Source: Amoebidium appalachense
Lineage: Eukaryota; Protista; Ichthyosporea
DNA length: 64,000 nt
Direction of reading: 5' to 3'
Assembly: GCA_963693365.1 (NCBI GenBank)
Contig: CAVNZM010000003.1
Coordinates: forward strand, 7,063,312-7,127,311
This document shows, in pieces, positions 1 to 13,082 of the stretch (position 1 is its first letter; every line of letters begins with the position of its first letter). A program made the position numbers and the translations under genes. A model generated the notes under the pieces. The model was given only the letters and a program-made list of their open reading frames with translations. It was not told the DNA's origin and ran no database searches.

Positions 1-70
1 TGTGTGTGGTTGTGTGGTTGTGTGTATGCACCCGCACGCGCATGCCTGCAGTGCGTGTTTTCTATGTGTG

Positions 71-106
<36 letters not shown>

Positions 107-261
107 CGGGGCATGAAGGAAGGGTGTTATTGAGGCCATTGCTCATTATCACATGTAGCGCGAAAAATTGCAAGTGCATACGAAGAATTGCGAAGTAAGG
201 GGGTGTGTGTAGTTCATTACATGCTGTGCTGTTACTTGTGTGCATACGAGCAACTGCAAAG

Positions 262-510
262 GTATGGGGCCTCACCCTTTCCCTTCCGGCAGCTACGGCA
301 GGGGCAGCCATCGGTTTTCTGCTTGTGCGCTACCTCGGTATGAGTTGCCCGACACACCCTAAACATACTGCACGTGTACCCTGTTCGTGTGGTGTGCATC
401 CTTTATGTGCCTATCTTCGTTTTGGGATATCCCAATCAGAGGCTCTCTTTCTAAGCTGGGTAAAACTCAAGCCGTATATGCAGGCCATTTGGCATACAGC
501 AAACAGACCG
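262..510 (+). CDS. Two internal exons of a putative DedA/TVP38/TMEM64 (VTT, SNARE-associated Golgi protein-like) membrane protein; rest of gene not resolved
   Basis: Exon 262-337 reads VWGLTLSLPAATAGAAIGFLLVRYL, followed by G|GTATGA. This resembles the VTT-family 'G..G....GAT.GA...FL..RY' helix. Exon 440-510 (CAG|AG...CCG|GTTTCG) continues in phase: EALFLSWVKLKPYMQAIWHTANRP. A possible further exon lies at ~1903-1977 (AFAVGGYLGMASACVGCAKVFINM). Confidence 0.4.
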
Positions 511-569
511 GTTTCGCTGTTTCCACATTGCCTCTGCTGGTATGCTAGATTATGTTATGTTCATCATAT

Positions 570-600
<31 letters not shown>

Positions 601-1140
601 CCCCCCCCCCCAGCTCGGACACACGCCAATCCATCTCCTACTAATTCGCTTGTGTCCTTCTGCTTTCTTTGTTTTCTTTCTTGTTTTTTCATTTTCTTGG
701 CAGCTGGCTCCGGGGGGCGAGGGGGAGGCTGCTCTCCAATTACTCATGACCTGTCATACACCCAAGGACCATCGGGGTGCTTCCCCCTAACATTCCTCTA
801 CTAAAAGCTCCTCTTTCAAATATGAACCCCGTCCCCCCCTTTCCTCCCCCCCCCCCCCCCCCCCCCCCCCGCCCTGCCCCCCAACCCCGCCCCGCGCCCG
901 CCCCCATTCCACCCCACCCCCTCCAAACACAAACACACGCTCCCCACCTCTTGACCCCTCCCTTTCCAGCATTTTTCTTGGCCTGAGCCCTCCCTCTTTC
1001 CACCCGGGTGGAAATAGTCTATCTTTGCACACCCCACTAACCAATTTGTTGCAGCCCATTCAAGGAAATGGTCGTCAGGCCGTAGCATTGTTGCCTCCGG
1101 CGGTATCCCCTCCCCCCTCCTCCCTCCCCCCCCCCCAATA

Positions 1141-1285
1141 GGTGAATGGATCGAAATTCGGGTACTCTAGACAACATGGCTTGCACCTGATAGGTGATGA
1201 TGTGGTCTGTTTATGTATGCTTTGCAATGGCATTGCGTTGTCCGTCCTTAACGAGTGTGCATTGTACTCTATGACACATTATAAA
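1141..1285 (+). mobile_element. Diverged, truncated copy of the poly-C-anchored interspersed element (copy D)
   Basis: GGTGAATGGATCGAAATTCGGGTACT...TTTATGTATGCTTTGCA...GTACTCTATGACACATTATAAA|CCCC aligns by eye to the reverse complement of 34709-34860. It is flanked by C-runs on both sides. Confidence 0.65.
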
Positions 1286-1418
1286 CCCCCCCCCTCAACC
1301 CCCCCTCCCTCCCTCTCCCCCTTCATGGGGGGACACCACCACCACAACTGCCACATGCATGGACGCTCCCACACACGCAGAGACGCACACACTCGCAGGC
1401 AAATACGCACACGCACGC

Positions 1419-1471
<53 letters not shown>

Positions 1472-2036
1472 CCCCAACCACCACCCTCCCATGCTTGCTT
1501 ACAATCACTATCCCCCCCCCCCCCCTCCCCCCCCCCCCCCCCCGCCCTCACACACACACACACACACACACAACGCATACACCCAGGATCCCGTGCCCCC
1601 CCTCGCAAACACCCACACTTGCACCCACCTGTATGCACGGACGTGTGTGAACAAGTGGGAACTCTCTGTGCGAGTATGGCCACCTATCCTTGCATACCCC
1701 ACTCTCATGCATAATGCCATACAATGGAACCTCTTCCCCCATCTGCGCAGGGAAAGGAACGAGGGCGGCGACAAGGGGGGGGGGGGGCGGGGGGGAGGTG
1801 GGGACAGTCGTGGCAGAATGATACTTGTACACTAGTCATCCATTTCTCTCTCACACTCTACCGCTTGCATGGGCTGGCCCTGTGGCTGATGGTGGGCTGC
1901 AGCTGCCTTTGCGGTTGGGGGCTATCTGGGCATGGCGTCTGCCTGCGTGGGCTGTGCAAAGGTCTTCATCAACATGGGTGGGGACTCGCCCATTCTCAGA
2001 GAGTTTGCCCCCACATTGTAAGTGTGTATACTGTGT

Positions 2037-2070
<34 letters not shown>

Positions 2071-2989
2071 CGCCCCCCTCCCCCTCCCCCCCCACAGAAA
2101 TAATATGCACTGCCTGCGCATGGGAAGTGTAAGTGAGCCAGTGTGTGCAGTGGCAGAGTGGTGCAATGCATGGCGCATGTGTCTGACTGCCGGGTTACCG
2201 TGGCCTGTGTGGATGGGAAGATTTGCAGCACCAAGCATGCAGCCTGTATGCATACAGTCAGCACCAAGCATGGGGATATCACATTCTCTCAGGCCGGCAC
2301 TGATATGGGATGGGTGCAGGGAGCGACTGGGTGCACCACAGGGACCTCAGCAGAGGTATGTTACCTGTTGGCTGGCGTGGTGTGTGAATGTGGGCTTGGC
2401 TACGGTGGTGGAGTAATCTGCCAGCTAAATTTCAGATGCTGTGCCGTTGCTTGCAAGCTTGCACCGTTTATCCTGGTACAAGCTTGCAGGTGGGCGGATG
2501 ACTTACAGGTTGCCGCAGCAGATGATAGGCTGGGTGGGTGTGCATGGTGGGTACGTGGCGGGGCCACACTGATGTGGATGTGGGTGCTGCAGGGAGAAGG
2601 TGCTGCCCAGCCCAGCAAGTGGCCTCAAAGGTTGGTCCTCCATATCCCCACCCCACGCTGCCTGCCCCTGTCACTGTTGGTTGTGTTGGGGGTGCAAAGA
2701 AAGGGCATGTGCTGGCTCATCGCAGACGAGCATACTGCGGGCCTGGACATGCAGAACCAATTTGTTCGACTGCACATACACACAGGACCGGCGTGTGTGC
2801 GCACACACAAAACACACGCATCCACCTGCACGCAAGCCCACCTGCACACATACACACACTCACTGACACCCAACCATGTGCACACAGACGGAGGCACACG
2901 CTTGCATGCATGCATGCACACGTGCACACAAACACACATATGCGTGCTTGCGCGCATACATACGCGCGCCCCCATATATACACACACAC

Positions 2990-3020
<31 letters not shown>

Positions 3021-3772
3021 AGCACAGGCACAACAAATGCACATTCACAAACACACTTCCCACAACACTACACACCCAAAAAAATGAACTAATGCACCCG
3101 AATGCACACTTGCACACCCAGCATATTCAAGAGCACACAGTGTCACCTTATTCTGGTTGCGCTTTAAGTCAGCGTTTTTGAGTGGCCCACGTGGCCACAA
3201 CCCTGTGCATATCTACAGCATTGTGCCCTTTGCTCTCTGCAATGCATGCCCGTGGCCGTACTGACCAGCCATGCACGTGCAGGCCTGGACCCGACACCGA
3301 GTGTGGACGTGGGGATGCAACACACCAGCGACGCAACAGATTTCTCGCCGCAGGCGCAGGTATATTCTCCTTTCCTTTGCACCACCCCCGCCAGCATCTA
3401 TCTTCTGTCATCGTTTCGGTGTTGACATGCTGCACACACACTCACCACCCCCCCCCCCCCCCTCCCCCCCCCCCCCCCCCCTCTCTCCCTCCCCTCCCAC
3501 AAACACACATGTGCTTGCCCTCTCGCTTACTTTGATCCCATATGGGACGTGCACACGTGTTGGCCCTTGCGTGTACCCGGGTGTCCATTGAGTCTCGTAC
3601 GAAGTTTGCAACATGCACCTCACATCTGCTCAATAGATCTGCTCATTGCCATTTGCATACCTGTCAGATCAGGTGGTCATAGCCACACTTAGCCACATGT
3701 TGTGGCCAAGTCCAATATGCCACCGTCTTTCCGCTTCTCCATGCCCCTTGCTTCGTTGCAGCCTTCACCAAG

Positions 3773-3826
<54 letters not shown>

Positions 3827-3886
3827 ACACACACACCACCACCACCACCACCACCACCACCACCACCACCATCTCCTCCCCCCCCC

Positions 3887-3926
<40 letters not shown>

Positions 3927-4100
3927 CCCCAAACATACACACACACACACACACACACACATGCACACACGCACACACACACCTCGGGCTTTTTTTTTTA
4001 CTGCATATGCTCGTTTTTACCTGTGATCTGACCAGCATTTTGGCTTCGCTTAGAATTGGTAACTTCTTCCTAGGTTTTGTGTCATTATATACAACCCCCC

Positions 4101-4224
<124 letters not shown>

Positions 4225-4614
4225 CCACCACCACCACCACTACCACAGCTTTTTTTTTTGGACTGCTCCTCCCAGCTTCTTTCGGACCTATTCGATGCAT
4301 CGATATCCTCAGTATGAATGACTTGCCACACAGGCACACACAGTGGTTTCAACCCACTAGCCATGTTTCTGACCGTGTGGGTTGCAGGGGCCAGAGGCGG
4401 GGCCGAGTGTGGCAGGCAAACCACAGCGATTCAACAAGTATGGCGACCCTATAGAGTAGATTATCCTTTAAACATGCCCGAACACCACGGCACGTGATAC
4501 TGGGCTGAGAGGGGGAAGAGTGCAGCACATGCATGTACATAGGCAATCTAATATGCAGAAAGGCATGGCTGGTTGGTACTGTGTGCCAGCAGAAAAATAA
4601 AAGCCACCTATTAT

Positions 4615-4800
4615 AGAGCATGGTGAACCGACATCCCACCTCTATTTGAACATGGTGGACTGGCAGGCCAATCAAACTTGGCCACTACTAGAACATGGTG
4701 AACCGCACCAATGCTAACATGTTGGACCGGCAGGCCAATGAAAGTGCACCTATGATATTGAACAAGAACATGGTAGGCCGAGAGGCTAATAAAACTCTAT
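4615..4800. repeat. Degenerate direct repeats of an AACATGGTG(G/A)ACCG-like motif with variable spacing (~5 copies)
   Basis: Motif copies at ~4618, 4649, 4692, 4716 and 4767, several followed by GCAGGCCAAT. Confidence 0.55.
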
Positions 4801-5034
4801 TGTAAGCCGGTGCCGGCATCGCTGGAATTGCATGACGGACAATGTCATACGTATACCACTTCATGCAACCGTCATGCGTGTGGGAAGGGGAAGGTGCGCA
4901 CTGCTTTAACGGAGACGCTTGGCTGGGAGACCCAGAAATGTGGGCGTGTAACATTGCCAAAGTGCTGTGTGCATGTGGTGGACAGACTTGAAGCCGAAAA
5001 ATATGGAAGGTGTCAGGCATTCCCCCGCACGGCA

Positions 5035-5066
<32 letters not shown>

Positions 5067-5618
5067 GCGCTAGGCAACTATCATTAATGCATTATCGACT
5101 ATCACATCATGTATGCGCACTTCCACATCTATGCACAACCCATATGAATCTGGATGTACAAGCAAACCGTTCACGTGCACAGAATTCCGTGTAAGTTGTG
5201 AAGGCGTCTGACCCATGGTCATGCGCCCCGTATTAATTTTTTTCAAAACAAACTCAGTAAGTAGCTAATATTAGCTACAGTGGGGTCATCTGCGCAAGCA
5301 AACCCATTCGTGCAATCTTCCCGGGCACATTATATGTACATCTTCTCACCGCACCCGCAATATTTACAGTCTACAGACCTACATGACGAACTAATCCTTG
5401 CATACGTCGTGCCATTCTGTAGTAAACCGATATTGTTTTGTGGTGCTGCTACATGTTCAGTCCAGACCTACAGGGCGGATCATTGCACACACCTGCAGAC
5501 ATACAAGATGAAGACTTGCCCTCCCATGTATCAGCGTGCCTGCTACACACACATGCAGCAGCCTGCTACACACACCCTCTTGACAGATATCCACTCACGT
5601 ATGTGCCTAGCCCTGGTT

Positions 5619-8600
5619 TCATTCAGCAGGGCATGGGGGTGGCAGGAAGCTGCGTACAGCCTCGACCACCGGGGGCCACATGGTGTCACGGCTGAAGAAG
5701 TGGTTGGCCCCCGGCACTATCAGCAGCTGGTGGTGGGGCACTGCCGCGGCATAGGCATGTGCATCCGACTGTAGTTGTTTGTGTGCCGTGCACCGCCAGG
5801 GAAGTTGAGAGAGGGGAAGGGGGGGGGGGGGGGGGGGGGGGGTATGGGAGGTTAGTGGGTTGGCGGTGGTGGTTGGGTACCTTAGACAACTAAAGGAGTG
5901 GAGTCAGGAGGGGCAAGTGGGGAGAAGAGAGAGGAAACAAAGAGGAGGGGGGGAGGGGGGGGGGGGGGGGGGAGGGGGGAGGGGATTGTGAGTGCCATTG
6001 AGGTTGGAAGTACTTGTAGTGTGCGTTCCTGCATTTACATGTATAAGTGCAGTGCACATTGGAAGTTGCCCTATTCAAGTGTGCACCCGTGTAGTATGCC
6101 TATGCGTGTTATGTGTGTGTGGATATTTGTGCTCCAAAGACATGTCTTTTGGCAGCTTAAGCGACAAAGCACAACTGGCAGAGGGTGGGAAGTGGCTAGG
6201 AGAGCCGCATCCGTGGGGAAGGAGAAGAGAGGGAGGGCAAGTGACTTGGCAATTCCGTGTGCAGGATGTCCACAAAACGAACCAAACAATCCCTCCAGCC
6301 ATTGAACAACAACGGCAATGGCTGGGCTGTCACAGCGGGGCCATACCACAGGGGTGGTGTTGTCTGCATCTCCGTGCACGGTCAGCACGTGTGCGCCCAG
6401 GCCCCTGACGATTGCAGCAACATCCATGGCTGCACGCTCATCAAGTGCGGCCTGCGTCAGCACCATGCGCTGCCCTCGTGCCTCCCTGAGGGTGTGTGTG
6501 TGTGTGTGTATGTATGTGTGGGTGTGTGTGCGTGTATTTGTTGCGTGGGGGGGGGGGGGGGGGGGGGGGCATGTGGCCGTGTGATGTGGGTGGGTAGGTA
6601 GGTGTGTGGTTGTATCTGAGAGGGAGGGTGAGTGTGGTGGTGTGGGTGACAGTTAGGTGGGGTCGTTGTAGAGGTGTTGTTTGTGTGTGTGTTGCCTGAG
6701 CACATATGCTTGTGGTGGTCGGAGGGGGGGTGATTGTAGGGGTGTGCAGGTGACGTGCAAGTGGAATAGTGGCCCTAATTAGTGCAATACCCACCATACT
6801 GTATGGCCCTGATTAACTAGTGCAATACCCACCATACTGTATGGCCCTAATTAATTAGTGCAATACCCACCATACTGTATGGCCCTAATTAGTGCAATAC
6901 CCACCATACTGTATGGCCCTAATTAGTGCAATACCCACCATACTGTATGGCCCTAATTAGTGCAATACCCACCATACTGTATGGCCCTAATTAGTGCAAT
7001 ACCCACCATACTGTATGGCCCTAATTAGTGCAATACCCACCATACTGTATGGCCCTAATTAATAAGTGCAATACCCACCATACTGTATGGCCCTAATTAG
7101 TGCAATACCCACCATACTGTATGGCCCTAATCAATTAGTGCAATACCCACCATACTGTATGGCTCTAATTAACTAGTGCAATACCCACCATACTGTATGG
7201 CCCTAATTAATTAGTGCAATACCCACCATACTGTATGGCTCTAATTAACTATTGCAATACCCACCATACTGTATGGCCCTATTAATTAGTGCAATACCCA
7301 CCATACTGTATGGCCCTAATTAATTAGTGCAATACCCACCATACTGTATGGCCCTAATTAGTGCAATACCCACCATACTGTATGGCCCTAATTAGTGCAA
7401 TACCCACCATACTGTATGGCCCTAATTAATTAGTGCAATACCCACCATACTGTATGGCCCTAATTAATTAGTGCAATACCCACCATACTGTATGGCTTTA
7501 ATTAACTATTGCAATACCCACCATACTGTATGGCCCTAATTAGTGCAATACCCACCATACTGTATGGCCCTAATTAATTAGTGCAATACCCACCATACTG
7601 TATGGCCCTGGTCAATTAGTGCAACACCCACCATACTGTATGGCCCTAATTAATTAGTGCAATACCCACCATACTGTATGGCCCTTTGTCCTCAGGTCCT
7701 CGTACTGCTGGGCGGTGAATCTGCCCTCGGGGGATGTGGTCCATATGGAAGCGCCCAGCAAGGTTGACCACGTGCGTGATGGTGGTGTCTGTGCCTGCAT
7801 ACAGCAGGCAGCCTGGGGAGGCGGGAGATGTGCATGTCGGTGATGTGCCTTAGGTTACAACGAAAAGAATGTGCTTGCCGTTCATGCCGTTTCCTGTTTG
7901 AGCCTAAAAGAGGCTTTTGGTGGCTTGCTAGATGGTTGAGATTTATTTCTCCCTTGTATCAACCTGCCCCCTCTGTGGCCCTTGAAGTGACCAAATACTC
8001 AAAGACGGTAACAAAGCATACTGCTCCGTCGTCGGCCAATGTCTAGGGGTTTTATCGAAGGAGGTGGGGGACCAGGTGTGGATGTGGGTGTTGAGCATAA
8101 AGTACAAAGTTTCGTGAGGGAAACACTTACGCAGATATGGGAACCAAACCAAAAAAAAAGAGAGAGAAGCCCAAAAAATGGCGGTGAGGAGGGGTTGTCC
8201 CAAAGGCATACCTAGGACGGCCTTTGAGTGGCCCACCAGAGCCGTCACGTGCCAGCCCTGCCTCCGCAGGTACGCCACCACGGCACCGATCTCGGCCGCC
8301 TCCCCCTGTGCAACACCCATGCTCTTTGGTGTTTGCCTTGAGATCTATACACCCAACCTTCTTTCCACTTGCCTTGCTCGGGTTGCATCTAGAAGTCCCC
8401 TCCCTCCCTTCCTCCAGCGCCCGCCGTCTGCCCATGCCCGTCGCCCCACCTCTCTCTCGCTCTCCCTCCTCTCCTCACCTCCCCCCACCCCCTCAAGGGG
8501 ACGAGGCACACACACAACACACACACACGCACACATGCAGACAAACACACACACAAGACACACGGCCACCCAAAAAAGAACAAATTACCAATCCCCAAGA

Positions 8601-9691
8601 TCTTGTCCATCAATCGTTCCCTTTTCCGCGGCTGCCTAGCTCAGGGCGTAACCACATAAGGCATAAAATAGATCTCTTCCAGCCTTCCCTTTCAGATCAC
8701 TTCCACATCACTACTCTCTTATTTCTTTCCCGTTCCCACAGCCCTCGCTACTGCAGATACATAAGCTGGCAACCCTCCACCCCTTCCCTCCCTCCCACCT
8801 CCCCGCTGCTCCCCATCTCTACCCTTCCCCCTCCCCCCTCACCCTATCTTGCCCCCCCCCCCCCCCCCCCCCCCCCCCCGCCCCTTCCCCCCCCCCCCCC
8901 CCCCCTTCCCACCGATTCCCCCACCCCCCCCAAACCCCACCCCGTTCCACCCCCATCCCCGCCTCCCCCTCCCCCTCACCCTCCCCCCTCACCCTCCCCT
9001 CCCCCCCTCCCCCCCGCCCTCCCCCCCCCCCCCCCTTCCCACCGATTCTCCTCCCCCCCCCCCCCCCCCCCCCCCCCACCCCACCCCCACCCCCGCTCCC
9101 CCCTCCCCCTCCCCCTTCCCCCCTCACCCTCCCTCACCCTCCCCTGCCCCCTCCCCTCCCCCCCCCTCCCCCCTGTCCCCGTACGTGGTAGTTGCCGTAC
9201 TGCAGGCTGCCCTCGCTCTCCCCGTTGCCGCTGAAGTCAAACCGTGCCGTGCTGTGTTCCAGGCCGTCAGCCAGCCTCAGCAGCAAGGGAGTGTCCCGGG
9301 TGCTGAACGATCCGTGACACAGCAGCACGAGGTCTCGCCCTGCACCCTTGGCACGCACTACGCCGTGTAGAAGCTCCCCCGTGGGTGCGTGCACACTGAT
9401 CTGCCAAGCACCAGCTCAGTGTCCTGAAACGACCAGGCATTGTTTGCTATCAGAATTAATAATTTTTCTGGTATCCCTACCTGCCTTCCGTAAAGCTTTG
9501 CCCCTATATGCCCCTTAGAAGGTTCCCAGGGTTAACAGAAGTGATGCCTTTCCCATATAAAGCCATAGGCTAAGCCTGTGCCCATCCTTTGGTTCTCAGA
9601 CTGGACCGTGTATTTACTATGCGGGACAGAACTGAGGGTTGGCACGGCAAAACGGCACCTTTGTTTCGTGCGGTGCCTCGATGCCTGCCAT
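5619..9691 (-). CDS. Alpha/beta-fold hydrolase (serine aminopeptidase S33/Hydrolase_4-like esterase), 6 exons
   Basis: Exons 9691-9659 (CCACC-ATG-G; MAGIEAPHETK), 9400-9185 (LVLLCHGSFSTRD...ARFDFSGNGESEGSLQYGNYH), 8305-8212 (LVGHSKA nucleophile elbow), 7812-7670 (CLLYAG..VVNLAGRF), 6485-6347 (VLTVHGDADNTTPV, acid) and 5768-5619 (IVPGANHFFS, catalytic His; stop TGA). All introns are GT-AG and in phase once 1 nt is removed from the G5 run at 7729-7733. Confidence 0.9.
6771..7685. repeat. Intronic minisatellite, 34/38-bp unit GGCCCTAATT(AATT)AGTGCAATACCCACCATACTGTAT, ~25 copies
   Basis: Directly visible tandem array. On the minus strand the unit contains the exon-4 end and donor (GGCCATACAGTATG|GTGGGT). 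Confidence 0.95.
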
Positions 9692-10110
9692 GGTGGCTCT
9701 AAATGCTGTAGGTTGGCCCGAGAAGCACGGTGAATATTCAAACATGAGCTGTAAACGAGCGCCTTTCTATAGCCGTGTGTATGCAAGCCAGGATGCTATG
9801 CAAGTCCGACTAGGCTGGAGAGCTTGCAAGGGAGAACGTGACCAAGAACAACTTATGATCTGTATCAAATAGAAGCATGTCTACTTATCTATACCCAATC
9901 GTATAGCCTTTTATGCAACATTTTTATCCAATCAGTGCGAAGGTCACGGATGCATGTGGCCGCGGCCCCGCGCTCAGCTCACGGCCGTGACACCTCAGTT
10001 CAACGTTGAGCCTCTTCACGACTCAAGTTACATACGTCTGACCGCGTAGCACAGTTGTGCGGAGCTGGAGAGCGAGTAGCTTTGTGTTGCAGTCGAAGGA
10101 GACAGTCACC
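9692..10110. promoter_or_regulatory. Short bidirectional promoter region between the hydrolase and eIF5B start codons
   Basis: Divergent ATGs at 9691 (-) and 10111 (+), 419 bp apart. The region lacks homopolymers, has CCAAT boxes at ~9896 and ~9928, and is CpG-richer than the introns. Confidence 0.6.
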
Positions 10111-13048
10111 ATGGGGCCTAAGAAGAAGGGAAAGCGGAAGGACGATGACGACGACTGGTACGAGTTTTCCCCATCCCCTCTTGAAAGGGGTAGGAGTTGG
10201 TTTGTGTGGTTCTGCTCTAGTTCTTTTGCCGAGAGTATTTAATTTATTCAAATCCTTTTTCTAGCCAACAGGTCTGTGAGGGGCAGGGTGAACTTGAGGA
10301 CATTTTCCCTTGTTGTGAGCACGCGCATACTTGGGTGTCTGCTTTTGTACCAGCTAGGGTGTTTGGGTAGCCAGCTGAAACAAGGGTTGGGCGAAGAGTG
10401 TGTGTATGGGCCTTCTTTTTTCCTTTTTGTTCGAACACACTGGCGTTGTTTGGGAGCCCCTCCACCTTCTGTGGGGCCATTGTTTTGGTATGGGGCTGCC
10501 ACTATTGTTGACGAGGACAGTGCTTTGGGTAGGGTGGTGGGTGGGGTGCTGCCTGGGTGAATGGTTCATTGGGTCGGTTTGTAGAAGGCTGGTGCTGTGT
10601 TTTTTGGATCAGTGATTGCATGCGTATTGGCGTGCGTCTGTGTGCCGAGCTACCGATTGGTAGTTTTTTCGTATATTCCCTATCCTTGGCTTCCTGTGCT
10701 GCGTGTGTGTTTCTGTGTGCTACATGTAGGTACTTGGTTTGTGTCCCATATGCCTCGAGCGCTTTTGGTGCGTGCCTGATTTGGTTGTCTGTGCAGGTTT
10801 TGTGTAACTGCATGCCTGTTTGGTGTGGATCTTTGGATGGTGAGCTGTTGCACCTACACGTGTAGCATGGAGTCCGTCTAGGCCCGTTTGCTGGGGTGTA
10901 GGCATATGTCAGGTGAAGACGTGTCTATGCTAACCTGCTGTGTGCAGGGAAAATGAGGTGGCGGCAGAGGTGGAAAAAATGAAGCTCGAAGATGGGGGAG
11001 AGGATGAAGCCCCGGCCAACAAGAAAAAGGGCCAGAAGGCCACCCCAGCCCCGGCACCCGAGCCAAAGGGCAAGGCCAAGGGGAAGAAGGCTGTAAGTGA
11101 TGATGAGTCGGAGGACGAGGGGCCCAGGCAGAAGGGAAAGCAAAAGAAGGGGAAGAAGGCAGATACAGAGAGTGAGGATGAGGCACCCAAGAAGAAGGGC
11201 AAGGGGGGTAAGGTGAAGGATGAGAGTGAGAGTGAGGAGGAGGTCCCCGTCCCTAAGAAGAAGGGGAAGAAGGGAGGCAAGGCAAGGGATGAGAGTGAGA
11301 GTGAGGAGGAGGCCCCGGTCCCCAAGAAGAAAGGAAAGAAGGGTGGTAAGGCAAGAGATGAGAGCGAAAGTGAGGAGGATGAAGGGCCCAAGGGCAAGAA
11401 GAAGGGGCCCAAGGGGAAGAAGGCAGCAGACAGCGAGAGCGAAGAGGATGAGCCCAAGGCCAAGGGTAAGAAGAAGCCGGCCAAGAAGGCCGACACGGAG
11501 AGTGATGAAGATGAGGGGCCACGGGGCAAGAAGAAAGGCGCCAAGGGGAAGAAGGCGGCGGACAGTGAGGAGGAGAGCGAGGACGAGCCCCAGCCGGTGA
11601 AGAAGAAGGGCAAGGCCAAGCGGGTGGTGGACAGTGCCAGCGAGGACGACGAGCCAAAGCCCAAAGCAAAGGCCCAGCCAAAGGCCCAGGCCAAGGCAAA
11701 GGTGCCCGTCAATGCCTTTGCAGCCCTCAACGACGAGGACAGTGCCAGCGACGAGGACATGCCCAGCCCCCCTCCACAGAAGAAGGGGGCAAAGCCTGCC
11801 CTGTCGGATGACGACATGGACCTTGATGAGAAGAAGGTGTGTGGGGGGGGGGGAGGGGGGGTGGGGAGCATACACACTGCGTGCCGCTGTGTGGGGCTTA
11901 TGCAGGCACATGCATACATGATATGGGGCAGGATGTCGGCCACGGGCAAATTTTAAGCTGCCAGGCACACACGAGGGCCTGTAGAACAGAAGGTTTTGCA
12001 AACACTGCACGTGCACATTAGCCGGAATGCACAACACACACACACACACAGCAGCACGTGCACATTAGCCGGAATGCAACAACACACACACACACACACA
12101 CACACAGCAGCCATGCACGTTCAGTTGCGGCCGACCTACGGTACTGACATTCATTCCCCACAGGCCCCAGCACCTGCACCTGCACCTGCGGCAGGCGGCA
12201 AAGGGGGCAAGAAGGGGAAGAAGGGCAAGAAGGAGGACACGGAGGACATTGATGAGCTGCTGGCCGAGCTGGAGGGCACGGCACCACAGAAGGAAAAGCC
12301 CGCAGCAAAGGAGGAAAAGGCAGCCAAGGAGGTGAAGAAGGAGAGCGAGGGGGAGAGCGGGGACGAGGGGCCCGTGGGGGGCACGGTCAAGACGGCGGCA
12401 CAGAAGAAGGCAGAGAAGAAGCAGCGGGAGAAGGAGAAGAAAAAGGCCGATGCAGCAAAGAAGAAGGAGGCGAAGGAGGACGACTTCGACTCGGTCCTGG
12501 CTGAGCTGGGGGCAAAGCCTGCAGGTGGGTGTTGTCGGGGTGTGTGGCTAGCAGGGGTGTGTGTGTGTGCGTGTGTGTGTGGCTAATATGTACCTTCTGT
12601 GAGAAGACACTTGTTTTTTTGTAATTTTCGGCCCATCGCAGCGATCGAAACCCGTTCGACCCTATACTTAAATGAAATCTAATTTTCAGCTCTATCGAGC
12701 GGTACTATTTGTTTGTTAGCGACGCGCAATCACAAAAAGTTTTATTAGGATATATGTACTTTTCATTAAAAAACCTTTTTTCTCCAGATGACGATTGACT
12801 CGAGACTCACACATTGACCAATCATCAAATCAATTTGGCGCAAGATCAAACTACAAAATTTAAAAGATAGCTAACCATTAAATATTAAAGTTAGGCAATC
12901 GATGCCGATCGAGCTTTATTTTCGGAGTGTCTTCTCGTGGAAGGTACATATTAGCAGGAGTGTGTGTGTGTGCGTGCATGGCTTACAGGGGTGTGTGTGT
13001 GTGTGTGTGGCTAGCAAGGGTGTCTGTGTGTGTGTGCATGGCTTACAG

Positions 13049-13082
<34 letters not shown>

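Noticed and set aside
2143-3087. 314-aa ORF and candidate exons at 2293-2356 and 2436-2475
   Set aside because: No recognisable family motif, and phases could not be joined to the DedA-like exons.
6771-7685. CRISPR-like array of ~34-38 bp repeats
   Set aside because: Units are head-to-tail with no unique spacers, there are no cas genes, and it lies in a eukaryotic intron.
10925-12049. 374-aa and 339-aa minus-strand ORFs
   Set aside because: Antisense shadows of the purine-rich eIF5B exon 2.
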